A DNA stretch of 64,000 nt from Firmicutes bacterium UBA5509 (lineage in GTDB: Bacteria > Bacillota > Proteinivoracia > UBA4975), in the NCBI GenBank assembly GCA_002423965.1, contig DIOR01000006.1, forward strand, positions 21,165-85,164, in the 5' to 3' direction. Under the pieces are notes generated by a model that worked only from the letters and a program-made list of their open reading frames with translations, had not been told where the DNA came from and did not search any database. The number at the start of each line of letters is the position of its first letter. Position 1 is the first letter of the stretch. Made by a program: the position numbers and the translations under genes. This document shows, in pieces, positions 17,333-27,304 of this stretch.

Positions 17333-19159
17333 TTATAGGGCACTGAAGTCCCCGTAAGTAAGGTATAGCTGGCGAATTTCCCCCAATAAACTCATGCGGT
17401 TATAACGCAAGGGGCGATCATCGGTATCCAAATCAACATTATTGATAAAGCGCAGCAAAGGAGTTTTTAGTCTAGCCAGGCTTCTTAAAGCTTCAGGCGT
17501 CTTTCTCTCGTGTAAGTAGGTCCTTATCTCGTCCCTGACCACTAAGTAAACTTCAAATAGGTCCAATTCCTCAGGTTCCTCAAGAAACTCCAGGGTAGCT
17601 TCTTCATAATTGTACTCCCTAGAACAAACCCTGTCCATCAACTTACAGATTTCGGCACAGTCCTCCACAAAGTCTTTCATTGCAGGGTCTTCCATTGCCT
17701 TTGCCTTCTCGGTGACAACAAAGACATTATCCTGGCTAAGGTCAGTCAAAACAGCTGCCACTCCCTCGGAAAAGTCCTGCTCCTGCAAATAATAATACAA
17801 ACAGTCACTAAAGATCTTGAGGAGTCTATCCAAGTCCTGAGTGCGCCAAGGAACCAATCCTTGAGATTCATACAGAGAAAGGGAGAATTTTAACAGGTTG
17901 ATAATCGATATATCCAAGGGAACGCTGGCAATTATGGCGATAATCTCATCAAACCATTTCTTTACGCTTCTATACTGTGATAACTTTAGCTCATTTTGAT
18001 AATATTGACCGCAAATGCTGTCCAACCTGTCCGCCACTCCAAGCAGAGCCCCTACCAGGGTGTGGGGAAGCTTGCCGGAGAACTTGCTGGGGTGCCAGTG
18101 CTCAATAATCGCCGAGGCAACCATTTCTGGCGCTCCGGCGGCTCGGGCAATATCGGCTCCCATATGGCCAAGGAACTCGGGGTACGCACGACAAGTGGCG
18201 GTTGTGACGTCCAGCTTGGCAATTTGTGAGGCCTGCCCAGCGATATCGCAAACCTCTTGGCCTGCATCGGTTAGCTTTGCCATTGATAGGACGATCTTCT
18301 GCAGGCGCTGTTCCTTATCATAAAAGCTACCCAGCTTGCTTAAATAGCACAGGGATTGTAGCTGTAGCTGAAGTTGAGAAATAGTATGGTGCAAATCCTC
18401 AAAATAATCTTCTCGAGCCTGATCTAAAGCAGCATTTAGTTCTTCCCGGGGCTGGCAGCCTTCATTGCATACAAAGACTGCCTTGGGCAGCAATTGATCC
18501 CCTTTGTGTAGGGCAAAGAATTGCATTTTTTCCATAACAATAAGGGTCAAAACCTTGGGAATATCCCGGTGCTTCAAAGAGATATCTACAATCCCGCTAA
18601 CAGGTTGCTCACAATTTAGCACCACTTCGTTGATAATGGGCGAAGTGATTATTTCGCCGCCTGCATTGGAAGCTGCTTCGTGGAGCAGTTGCCTTATGTG
18701 CTTTTCCCTTTGGTCATTATCCAGGAAAACCTTGTTTCTTGTCATCTCTCGCCAGTAATGCTGGGTACTCCGGACGGGAATCTCAATCTTTCCAGCCATG
18801 GTTATGTCACCGGCAACTAAGTCTCCCACCGTCATTGGCAAGAGCTCGTCATCAAGGATGGTTAAGAGACCTTCTGCTTTTCCCCAGGTGGCGGGAATCC
18901 CTAAAGAAAAGCGCTGGCACAAAGCCAATACCGCCCTGGACAAGATTGCCTTATTTGGGGCACGATGTATATCAGAACCTACTTGTAGCCATAAGACAAT
19001 GCGAAACTTGCTAAAAAAAACCTCCAGCCTGTTATATTTTATGTCCCGGCTTGCGAGCTCTTCTTTAAAGGTAGCGCGCACAAAATCATAGGCCCGAAGG
19101 ATTTGTCTGTATTCAAGGCCAGTAAAGCGAATCTCAAGTAAAAGATTAGCTTGCTTCAC
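17333..19159 (-). CDS. Glycine--tRNA ligase beta-subunit (GlyS) family protein, divergent, no adjacent glyQ
   Basis: N-terminus MKQANLLLEIRFTGLE matches the GlyS start MSKQDLLLEIGLEE, and EFLGHMGADIARAAGAPEMVASAIIEHWHPSKFSG matches [34 protein letters not shown]. The C-terminal NRMSLLGEI end is also similar. 608 aa against about 680. Confidence 0.65.
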   Translation of the reverse strand: MKQANLLLEIRFTGLEYRQILRAYDFVRATFKEELASRDIKYNRLEVFFSKFRIVLWLQVGSDIHRAPNKAILSRAVLALCQRFSLGIPATWGKAEGLLTILDDELLPMTVGDLVAGDITMAGKIEIPVRSTQHYWREMTRNKVFLDNDQREKHIRQLLHEAASNAGGEIITSPIINEVVLNCEQPVSGIVDISLKHRDIPKVLTLIVMEKMQFFALHKGDQLLPKAVFVCNEGCQPREELNAALDQAREDYFEDLHHTISQLQLQLQSLCYLSKLGSFYDKEQRLQKIVLSMAKLTDAGQEVCDIAGQASQIAKLDVTTATCRAYPEFLGHMGADIARAAGAPEMVASAIIEHWHPSKFSGKLPHTLVGALLGVADRLDSICGQYYQNELKLSQYRSVKKWFDEIIAIIASVPLDISIINLLKFSLSLYESQGLVPWRTQDLDRLLKIFSDCLYYYLQEQDFSEGVAAVLTDLSQDNVFVVTEKAKAMEDPAMKDFVEDCAEICKLMDRVCSREYNYEEATLEFLEEPEELDLFEVYLVVRDEIRTYLHERKTPEALRSLARLKTPLLRFINNVDLDTDDRPLRYNRMSLLGEIRQLYLTYGDFSAL

Positions 19160-19194
19160 CTAAGTTCATATCCCCCTCCTAGGCACACGTTACC

Positions 19195-19929
19195 CTATCC
19201 TTCAAATAATGGACGGAAAGCCTGTGCTTTAGTCTTTCCTTCCGTCAGCCAATTTATTAGACTATCGATAATTTTCGTGGCGGTCTTTCCCTGGGAACGA
19301 AAGTGCCCTCTTAGCTCGATAAAGTCCTTTTCTCCTAGTATATCAAGCAGAGATAAGTCCTCTTGACGTAAAAATTTCTTATCATCAGGCCCCTTGCACA
19401 CAGAACAAACCGCCCCTCCCGCAGGCCAGTAAAGCCAACCGGACTGAAGGGGGCGGCCACACTGAGCACAAAACGAGAAGCCCATTTCATAACCCAGGCA
19501 AGCTGCAAATTTCAGGCGAAAAGAATCAAAGACTATTGGGTCATAATCATTTGTCTTGAGATGAAGCATATATGACAGCACTAACTTAAAGGCGTCTTGC
19601 TCCCTAGCCTCCTCGGCAATTAAAAGGCGGCACAATTCCATAACGGCAAAAGCGGCGCCACTTTTCGACCAGTCTAGGCGCAAAGGAGAAAAACTGTCGA
19701 TGATATCTGCCTGCCGTAAAATAGGCAGGCCCCTTCCCCGGTAGATTACATATTCACCTAAAATAAAAAGCTGGACAGCAGCAGCTGACTTGCTCTTGAC
19801 TTTTCTGCTACCTTTAGCGACAAACTTAATTAAATTACCGGAACTGGTAAAGCAGGTGACAAGCTGATCAGCTTCACCTAATGGGAACCCGTAGACAATA
19901 AAGCCGGAATTCTTATCTAGTCGCATCAT
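19195..19929 (-). CDS. recO: DNA repair protein RecO
   Basis: RecO N-terminal OB region, C4 zinc finger CAQCGRP…CSVC. Synteny era-recO. Confidence 0.9.
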   Translation of the reverse strand: MMRLDKNSGFIVYGFPLGEADQLVTCFTSSGNLIKFVAKGSRKVKSKSAAAVQLFILGEYVIYRGRGLPILRQADIIDSFSPLRLDWSKSGAAFAVMELCRLLIAEEAREQDAFKLVLSYMLHLKTNDYDPIVFDSFRLKFAACLGYEMGFSFCAQCGRPLQSGWLYWPAGGAVCSVCKGPDDKKFLRQEDLSLLDILGEKDFIELRGHFRSQGKTATKIIDSLINWLTEGKTKAQAFRPLFEG

Positions 19930-20873
19930 TTATACCCTAGCCACTTGAGCTGGTTGGGATCTTTGCGCCAGTTCTTTTTTACTTTGACCCAAAGCTTAAG
20001 GTGCACTTTTTTATCCATAAGGCTTTGAATCTGCAGACGAGCTCCAGTGCCTATGGTTTTTAACATTGTCCCGCCCCGACCAATTACGATTCCTTTGTGG
20101 GATTCGCGTTCAACAATGATATTGGCCTGAATTGTAGCCTGGTCATCGGATTCGGAAAAGTCGACTATTTCCACAGCGATACCATGGGGCACCTCATCTT
20201 CCAGCTGCAGCAAGGCTTGTTCCCGAATAAGCTCTGAGGCAAGTAAGCGGTAGTCACAATCCATGAGCTGCTCAGCTGGATAAAGCTGTTCTCCTGGGGG
20301 CAAGTACTCCAATATCCCTTGGGTGACTTTAGCCAGGTGAGTGCGGTTAGTTGCAGAAATTGCAACAACTTTGGCAAATCTGCCTTGAGCAATAAACCGT
20401 TCCCTAATCTCATCAACTTGATTGGGAAAGAGGAGATCTATTTTATTGAGAACAAGGATTACAGGCTTTCCCTGGATGAATTCCTTGGGCAATTCATCAT
20501 TGGGGTTGGTGGCATCCAGGATGTAAAGGACAACATCACAGTTAGCTACCGAGTATTGGATTTCTCGGAGCATAAATTCTCCTAATTTGTTCTGAGGTTG
20601 ATGTAACCCAGGAGTATCGACAAATATGATTTGGTACATATCAGTGGTAAGTATACACCGGAATTGCTGACGTGTCGTCTGTCTTTTCTCCGAGGTAATG
20701 AGCAGACGATCACCCATAAGAGCGTTAATTAAGGTTGATTTTCCAGCGTTAGGCAGACCAATAACAGCTACAAACCCACTCTTGATACAATATCCCTCCC
20801 TACATGTCTTCCCCGGAAAAAGCCCCGGGCAGGAGCTGATCCATGGTGGCGATAGAGCCTTTGCCATCTTCAT
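19926..20873 (-). CDS. era: GTPase Era
   Basis: KSGFVAVIGLPNAGKSTLIN G1 motif, DTPG, NKID, C-terminal KH domain. The ORF-track start lies 70 nt inside cdd. An AGGGAGGG site directly after the cdd stop suggests the real start is near 20783, possibly a non-ATG codon. Confidence 0.9.
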   Translation of the reverse strand: MKMAKALSPPWISSCPGLFPGKTCREGYCIKSGFVAVIGLPNAGKSTLINALMGDRLLITSEKRQTTRQQFRCILTTDMYQIIFVDTPGLHQPQNKLGEFMLREIQYSVANCDVVLYILDATNPNDELPKEFIQGKPVILVLNKIDLLFPNQVDEIRERFIAQGRFAKVVAISATNRTHLAKVTQGILEYLPPGEQLYPAEQLMDCDYRLLASELIREQALLQLEDEVPHGIAVEIVDFSESDDQATIQANIIVERESHKGIVIGRGGTMLKTIGTGARLQIQSLMDKKVHLKLWVKVKKNWRKDPNQLKWLGYK

Positions 20874-21201
20874 TTATTAAAAGTATTTCTGTATTTCCGC
20901 TAAAAAACTCCCGGAGAACCTGACGACAGGCACCGCAAGGTGAAGCCTCTTTTTGTCCGTAAACTGCAATGGCCATCCCGGAAAAATCTCTTTCCCCTTC
21001 TGATATTGCCTTAAAGATGGCAGTGCGCTCAGCGCAATTGGAAAGGCCATAGGAGGCGTTTTCAACATTGCATCCCTGGATTATTTTGCCCCCCTTAGTC
21101 AAGAGAGCTGCCCCCACCCTGTACTTTGAATAGGGCACATAGGCGTTGTCCCGAGCTTCTAAGGCCGCTTTGATTAGGCGTTCTTTAATACTAGTTTCCA
21201 T
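20800..21201 (-). CDS. cdd: Cytidine deaminase
   Basis: CAERTAIFKAI…PCGACRQ zinc-binding motifs. 133 aa. Confidence 0.95.
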   Translation of the reverse strand: METSIKERLIKAALEARDNAYVPYSKYRVGAALLTKGGKIIQGCNVENASYGLSNCAERTAIFKAISEGERDFSGMAIAVYGQKEASPCGACRQVLREFFSGNTEILLINEDGKGSIATMDQLLPGAFSGEDM

Positions 21202-21214
21202 ATTAGTTCACTCC

Positions 21215-22249
21215 TTACTGAAAGGCTTTTGCCGGAAGATCCATGCTATCGTAGTTTTTAATGTCAAAGCTCAGCATGCCTCGAAAGGACACCGAAAAGA
21301 GCAAATCTACGCCGGCTCTAAGGGTGGTAGTATCTCCCAATGCTTCAATAACAACAGGATTGCTGCGTATTGGCACCCCATCTACAATAATACCTTCTTC
21401 AGTATCAATGATATAACTGTTGACTGCTAGCCTTTGCCCATGGATGGCGATTGCCTTGGCACCAGAAGAAAATAATTCTCCTACAATGCGGCGCAAATCT
21501 CCAGCAGATACCTCAAACTGGTCGTAAATAGAGATTAGTATGCCTGGACCGGATATTTCGGCATAACCAGCGGTTTGGTTGATAATGGCATATTCCTCCC
21601 GGAGATTCTCGATTTCTGCTTCTAGATACTTTTTGGTGTCCGCTTCCTGATTAGCGGGAATTAACTGAGCAACACCGTTTTCAAGGAGAATTTTTAGGGT
21701 AGTTAGGTGGCGATAGGGTTCATAGAATCCTCGCTGGGATTCCTTGCTAAACAAGTTCTCGATTTTCAGAAGCTGGTCTAAGGTATCCTCCCCCAGACTA
21801 TGAGGAGATTTTACTTGATATCCTCCGGTGGGGAGAGGTTCTAGAATGAGAGTAACCGAAGTGCTGGAATACTGAACATCAGGCGAGGCATTTAAAACTG
21901 CCAGCACTTTTTCAGCAGTGAGGTTTGTATATTCGGAAATAATCAAATTCCGGGTCATCCCAGCGCTGTTTTGCATAATATCTGCCAGTTCTTTTTGATT
22001 GTTAACAAGGTACACATCATAATGGAGTTTGGCTAGAGATTGCTTGACACTATTCTTCTCTGCAACATTCAATGCTCCAGCAAGTCCCTGCAGATTACTA
22101 ATCAGGTCGTTGGCAAAAACCTTAGCATCAGTTAATTCAGTTCCTCCCACAAACTCTCCGAGATTAATTTGGGAGGCCAAGATAAGGAGATTAAGGGCTA
22201 TGGCGACTAGAGCCAATATCCTAAGGGTCTTTGTGTTGAGCTTATCCAT
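21215..22249 (-). CDS. DUF881-family membrane-anchored protein (paralogue A)
   Basis: N-terminal transmembrane helix. Motifs GYAEISGPGILISIYD and FSSGAKAIAIHGQRLAV are shared with the adjacent gene. Confidence 0.55.
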   Translation of the reverse strand: MDKLNTKTLRILALVAIALNLLILASQINLGEFVGGTELTDAKVFANDLISNLQGLAGALNVAEKNSVKQSLAKLHYDVYLVNNQKELADIMQNSAGMTRNLIISEYTNLTAEKVLAVLNASPDVQYSSTSVTLILEPLPTGGYQVKSPHSLGEDTLDQLLKIENLFSKESQRGFYEPYRHLTTLKILLENGVAQLIPANQEADTKKYLEAEIENLREEYAIINQTAGYAEISGPGILISIYDQFEVSAGDLRRIVGELFSSGAKAIAIHGQRLAVNSYIIDTEEGIIVDGVPIRSNPVVIEALGDTTTLRAGVDLLFSVSFRGMLSFDIKNYDSMDLPAKAFQ

Positions 22250-22261
22250 TGTCTCCCCCTC

Positions 22262-23308
22262 CTAACGCACGGACTGGCCAGGAAGCCGTATTTCTGACTC
22301 TGGGCTGACTTCTATCCGTAAATTTCTAGCTTCCCTATAGTACTGAAAAAGGGTCTGGAGACTTTTTTCCATAGTCTCGGCGTCGCCCACTGCCTTAATA
22401 ATTAAAGGTTTCACCGGGATGGGGTCGTAGTTTACTAAAATGGGTCCACCCACACAGCGGATGGAAGAATCCACCACCAGACGCCTGCCCCCTACCGAAA
22501 TCCCAGTAGCACCACTGGCAAACAGGCAATGGACAACTTCCTGCACATCTACATCATGAATAATATTGTTTTCACTAAGGAGCAATTCATCTTCTGCATC
22601 CAGGAGAGAAATTACCAGCCCTGGCCCTGTTAGCTCAGAATAACCAGTGAGAGCTCTGAGGTTGTTGTATTCTTGTTCGAGAAACTTATATTGGTTTTGC
22701 AGATGCTGGACAGGATACAGCTCACTTAATGGTTCAATGGCATTTACGGTAACGAGACCTTCCTGGACTTCCACGGCAATAATGATGCTCTGCATGCCAA
22801 CCCTTTTTGACGCGAAATGGGAGCGAATCTTCTCAGGAGTCTCTGGTGCGAAAAAATCTCCGCCTTCCAAGGAAATGGCGTTATCAGCAAGAAAATGAAT
22901 GACGATTTCAGTAGAATTTTCCAGCTTATCTAGGTTGGGATCCTGAGCGATAACCCATTCCAGCCAATTGGTCATATAATAATTAGCTTCCTCGCGAATG
23001 GTATCTTCAAAAACACCCATTTCTGAGAGGATGAGATTAGAAATTTGATCAGTTGTAGAAGCAGTGGAAATGCCGTTATGCAGATTTTCATAGGCAAAAT
23101 TAACCCTGGTATTGTTTGAGGGAACGTCCAATTGATTAGCCAAGTCCTTGTTGAGCTCTAATAAGGTCATGGCATAATTTTTGGCATCCTTAAGTTCTCC
23201 CATTCTGAAGGAGATAATCCCTAAGGAATTGATTAAGAGTAGGGCACTGAGAACGAGAGAAATTCCTAGCAAAATATAGATATCAGATTTTTTCCTTGGC
23301 TCTGCCAT
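22262..23308 (-). CDS. DUF881-family membrane-anchored protein (paralogue B)
   Basis: GYSELTGPGLVISLLD and FASGATGISVGGRRLVV. Tandem paralogue of the 21215..22249 gene. Confidence 0.55.
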   Translation of the reverse strand: MAEPRKKSDIYILLGISLVLSALLLINSLGIISFRMGELKDAKNYAMTLLELNKDLANQLDVPSNNTRVNFAYENLHNGISTASTTDQISNLILSEMGVFEDTIREEANYYMTNWLEWVIAQDPNLDKLENSTEIVIHFLADNAISLEGGDFFAPETPEKIRSHFASKRVGMQSIIIAVEVQEGLVTVNAIEPLSELYPVQHLQNQYKFLEQEYNNLRALTGYSELTGPGLVISLLDAEDELLLSENNIIHDVDVQEVVHCLFASGATGISVGGRRLVVDSSIRCVGGPILVNYDPIPVKPLIIKAVGDAETMEKSLQTLFQYYREARNLRIEVSPESEIRLPGQSVR

Positions 23309-23312
23309 AGTC

Positions 23313-23681
23313 TTACCTCCCGACTAATTCCAATAACTTGGGAAACAGAACAATAACGCCGACTATAACAGCATACAACGCTGCTAATAGAACTGCTGCT
23401 GCTGCACAATTTTTTGCAACCTTTGCCAAGGGGTGGTACTGTTCAGTATATAAATCAATGGTTTTTTCAATTGCAGTATTAATTAATTCGCTACAAAGGA
23501 CCAGAAAGGCGGCGGAGAGCAAAAACATAATATTGTAGGGTTCGAAATCCAGTGCTATTATAACGATTACCAGGACGATAGTAGCAAGGCAGTGAACTCT
23601 GAAATTGCGCTGAGTTTTAAAGCTGTAAGCAAAACCCTGAAACGCAAAGCAAAAGCTCTCCCAAAGGGTTTTGGCACGCAC
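23313..23681 (-). CDS. dgkA: Diacylglycerol/undecaprenol kinase
   Basis: DgkA-family three-helix integral membrane protein, 122 aa. Synteny ybeY-dgkA-cdd. Confidence 0.85.
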   Translation of the reverse strand: MRAKTLWESFCFAFQGFAYSFKTQRNFRVHCLATIVLVIVIIALDFEPYNIMFLLSAAFLVLCSELINTAIEKTIDLYTEQYHPLAKVAKNCAAAAVLLAALYAVIVGVIVLFPKLLELVGR

Positions 23682-23682
23682 G

Positions 23683-24117
23683 TCAAACCCTCCTCAAGTT
23701 AATTCTTTCTAATATTTTCTCTTCCAGGGCACGCATCTCTGGATTGGGTTCATCATCGTGGTCATATCCCAGTAGGTGCAAAATTCCATGGACCAACAAA
23801 AAGCAAAACTCTCGGTGTACGGTGTTGCCATATTCAATGGCTTGACTCTTGACCCGGGTCCAACAGATATAGATCTCTCCGGTAATTTCATCTTCATCCC
23901 CTAAGGGGAAGCTTAAGACATCTGTGACAGCGTCATTATTACGGAAATCCCTATTTAAACTGCGCACTAAATCTTCTGAGGCGACAATTATATTATACCA
24001 TTCTTCAGCGACAGATGAGCCAAAAAGAGAGCGTACCGCTTCGGCAACCTCATTTACAAGGGAACCAAGGTCACCGACATTGTCAAACTCCTCTTCGAAA
24101 TACAATTGGAGCTGCAT
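23683..24117 (-). CDS. ybeY: rRNA maturation RNase YbeY
   Basis: HGILHLLGYDHDDE metal-binding motif. Confidence 0.95.
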   Translation of the reverse strand: MQLQLYFEEEFDNVGDLGSLVNEVAEAVRSLFGSSVAEEWYNIIVASEDLVRSLNRDFRNNDAVTDVLSFPLGDEDEITGEIYICWTRVKSQAIEYGNTVHREFCFLLVHGILHLLGYDHDDEPNPEMRALEEKILERINLRRV

Positions 24118-24130
24118 ATTGATCCTCCTT

Positions 24131-26299
24131 TTACTGGCTCATCTTAGCTAAGTCTTTTTCAGTTGGGTAGGCAATGCGTTTATGGTAAATGCCCGCGAAG
24201 ACTTTTACGAAGGCTTGGGAAATCTGATTCAGATCCTTAAGGGTTAGATCGCATTGGTCAAGTTGACCATCAGTTAATTTATCCCGGACAATCTTATCTA
24301 CCATGCCTTGAATCCGAAACTGGTTGGGCTGGGAAAGAGATCTAACTGCAGCTTCAACGGAGTCAGCCAGCATAATAATGCCGGCTTCTTTGAACTGCGG
24401 ACTGGGACCTTCATAGCGGAACTTGTCCTCTAAAAGCTGGTCCTTATTGCCCCTTTCCGCCATAGCCCGATGATAAAAGAAACCGATGAGAGTTGTGCCG
24501 TGATGTTGCTCAATAATATCTTTTATTACTGGAGGCAGCTTATATTGCTGGGCCAATTCCACTCCGCCACGGACATGAGCAGTGAGAATCATGCTGCTAA
24601 GGCTGGGGGGGATTTTATCATGGGGGTTGTTGCCCTGAAACTGGTTTTCAATGAAAAAATAAGGCCGCGTTAATTTGCCAAGGTCATGATAGTAGGAGCC
24701 TACCCTGCACAAGACAGGATCTGCACCAACAGCTTCGGCTGCAGCTTCCGCCAAGTTTCCAACCATTAAACTGTGGTTGTATGTCCCTGGTGCCTCCAAT
24801 AAAAGGCGCTTCAGGGGCCTTTGGTTGGGATTGGCCAACTCCAGCAATCTAATGGAAGTGGTGATTCCAAAGGCCGATTCGATAAAAGGCAGTAGGCCGA
24901 TGGCAAAAATCGAGGAGATGATGCCGCTGGCAACACCCATAGCTAAATCCACCAGAGTTCTCAGGACAGAAGTCTCCGTCAACGCCAAGCCGTTACTAAG
25001 AAGGGTTAGGCCAATTATGCCAATGGCGTTGGCCGCTGCCACTAGTAACCCTGCCCTAGTCAGGTCCGACCTTTGATTGACTTTGGTTACACTATACGCC
25101 CCGGCGATGCTTCCGATTAATGACATTACCAGCACATTGATCTCGCTACCAGCTGTAATAGCAATGACCAAAGCTAAGGAAGAGCCAAAAATAAGGGAAA
25201 GGTTGACATCGAAGATTATTGTCAAAAGCAAAGTAGCCATCCCAGCAGGTATTAGGTATGGGGAACCTACTTCAAAGAGAATCCCCCCAAATATCTTCGC
25301 TGCCCATAGTGTAAGGATAACTATTAACCCAATAATCCAAATCCGAGAGGGAACAGCCAGAATCTCTGGGCGGTAGCGGTACAAGTAGTAGCCCCAGGCC
25401 GAGAAAACACAGAGAATCAAGACTGTCAGGCCCAGGTAGTATCCGTAGGCAAAACTGGTTTCTAACATTCCAAGGGCCTTTAGCTGGGAAAGGTGTGCGG
25501 CAGTGACCGCTTCACCTTTATCGATGATTTTAGCCCCCTTGAGGATGATAATGTCCTCAACTTGGTCCCGGGCGCGCCGGCGCTGAGTTGCGGTTTCTTC
25601 AGGGGAGTAAATGCGGTTATTCCGGTAATATTCGTCAAGGCTTGCAATAACTAGATCCCGCAATTGAGGAGATATTTGCGCCTGCAATAAGTCTGTTTTT
25701 ATGTTTTGCAGGCTAAGTTCCACTTCATCAGGTTTGATTCCCTGCTGTAATTTTGCACTAATTAAGCTTGAGGTGAGATCGAGAGTTTGCTGAACATCTT
25801 CTTTTGGGATTGCCAGTAAAGCTAAAGCTTTTTCCTCATCCCCTACCTCTGGAAAGTCGGCTAACAATTGGGCTGCCTTCTCCGGCAGAGAGTTCCCTTC
25901 AGTCTCCTCCCCTTGGGTTTCACCTGGATTTTCCTCTCCAGGTGCTGGTTCAACAGGCGCAACGGGCTCCTCGGCTTCCAGCAAGTACACCAGCAAAGCG
26001 GTCACCCGGTTGATAATTTTCCCTTCCACTGTAGCATCATACAGGTAGACATCCTCCACCTGTTCTGCTGCTTCCGAGCGGGCAAGGCCCGTCGCCTCCT
26101 GATCAATAACTGACCGGGAAGCATAGATGGTATCAGGTGAAATTTCACCTGCTTCTAACTCATACTGGGCGGGCATAATACCAATGGCCACAGTTGCCAA
26201 AAGAGCAAGAAACAAGACAATGCCTTGGAAGATCAAATATTCCCGTTGGTGCCGAAAGCTCTCAAGTTTTTTCAGCAAATCCTTGAGCCAGTTCTTCAA
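24131..26299 (-). CDS. 7TM receptor with intracellular HD hydrolase (YqfF/PgpH-like)
   Basis: Extracellular N-terminal domain, seven transmembrane helices, C-terminal HD domain (HSLMVGNLAE…YHDLGK). Confidence 0.85.
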   Translation of the reverse strand: MKNWLKDLLKKLESFRHQREYLIFQGIVLFLALLATVAIGIMPAQYELEAGEISPDTIYASRSVIDQEATGLARSEAAEQVEDVYLYDATVEGKIINRVTALLVYLLEAEEPVAPVEPAPGEENPGETQGEETEGNSLPEKAAQLLADFPEVGDEEKALALLAIPKEDVQQTLDLTSSLISAKLQQGIKPDEVELSLQNIKTDLLQAQISPQLRDLVIASLDEYYRNNRIYSPEETATQRRRARDQVEDIIILKGAKIIDKGEAVTAAHLSQLKALGMLETSFAYGYYLGLTVLILCVFSAWGYYLYRYRPEILAVPSRIWIIGLIVILTLWAAKIFGGILFEVGSPYLIPAGMATLLLTIIFDVNLSLIFGSSLALVIAITAGSEINVLVMSLIGSIAGAYSVTKVNQRSDLTRAGLLVAAANAIGIIGLTLLSNGLALTETSVLRTLVDLAMGVASGIISSIFAIGLLPFIESAFGITTSIRLLELANPNQRPLKRLLLEAPGTYNHSLMVGNLAEAAAEAVGADPVLCRVGSYYHDLGKLTRPYFFIENQFQGNNPHDKIPPSLSSMILTAHVRGGVELAQQYKLPPVIKDIIEQHHGTTLIGFFYHRAMAERGNKDQLLEDKFRYEGPSPQFKEAGIIMLADSVEAAVRSLSQPNQFRIQGMVDKIVRDKLTDGQLDQCDLTLKDLNQISQAFVKVFAGIYHKRIAYPTEKDLAKMSQ

Positions 26300-26308
26300 A
26301 TCCCCACC

Positions 26309-27304
26309 TCACTTTCTCTTGGGGGCATATCTGGCATAGGCCTGTACAATTTCTGCTACCAACCTATGCCTAACTATATCAGCTTCATCAAGGTATATTA
26401 CTTCGATACCTTCGATTCCCTTTAGGATACCAATGACCTGACGGAGCCCCGATACCGTATCCCGGGGTAAGTCAATTTGCGTAATGTCCCCGGTGACAAT
26501 AGCTTTGGAGCCAAAGCCAAACCGAGTAAGAAACATTTTCATTTGCTCAGGGGTAGTATTTTGGGCTTCATCCAGGATAATAAAGGCATCGTTTAAGGTC
26601 CTGCCTCGCATATAGGCCAGAGGGGCCACCTCGATGACACCCTTTTCCATATACTTTTGGTATACTTCTAGACCTAAAAACTCTAATAAGGCATCATATA
26701 GAGGGCGCAGATAGGGGTCGACTTTATCCTGAAGGTCTCCTGGCAAAAAACCTAAGCGTTCCCCGGCCTCAATGGCAGGCCTAGTGAGGATGATTTTTGC
26801 AACCTGCTTTTCTTTTAGGGCCCGGACTGCCCTGGCAACTGCCAAGTAGGTCTTGCCTGTGCCAGCGGGACCGATGCTAAATACTAGGTCATTTTTCTTA
26901 ATCGCTTGGATGTAGCGATGCTGGCCGGCGGTCTTTGCAATAATTTTTTTCCCCCGTGGAGTGATGAGGATTTCATCTTTGTAAAAACTCCGGTAGTCGG
27001 TTTTTTGAATCTTGTAATTTTCCACCATATGCTTAACTTCTTCATAGCCGGGAGAATGACCTGCACGGGTTATATCCAATATTTGATTGATTAAGTCTTC
27101 CGCTTGCTCCTTGTTGGGGGAAGAGCCAATTACTAGCAAGCCCTCGTCCTTGAGCACTAAGTTGACTGCAAAATGCTTAGAAAAAAGGTCCAGGTTTTTA
27201 TCCTGCATACCAAGAAGTTTTAGGGCTTCTCCATTACTGAGTTTAATATGAACCGCTGTTGTCAATAGATTATTCCCCCCTGATTTGCACCATTTCACTT
27301 CCAA
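26309..27304 (-). CDS. phoH: PhoH-family ATPase
   Basis: Walker A GPAGTGKTYLAVA and PhoH C-terminal domain. Confidence 0.9.
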   Translation of the reverse strand: MEVKWCKSGGNNLLTTAVHIKLSNGEALKLLGMQDKNLDLFSKHFAVNLVLKDEGLLVIGSSPNKEQAEDLINQILDITRAGHSPGYEEVKHMVENYKIQKTDYRSFYKDEILITPRGKKIIAKTAGQHRYIQAIKKNDLVFSIGPAGTGKTYLAVARAVRALKEKQVAKIILTRPAIEAGERLGFLPGDLQDKVDPYLRPLYDALLEFLGLEVYQKYMEKGVIEVAPLAYMRGRTLNDAFIILDEAQNTTPEQMKMFLTRFGFGSKAIVTGDITQIDLPRDTVSGLRQVIGILKGIEGIEVIYLDEADIVRHRLVAEIVQAYARYAPKRK

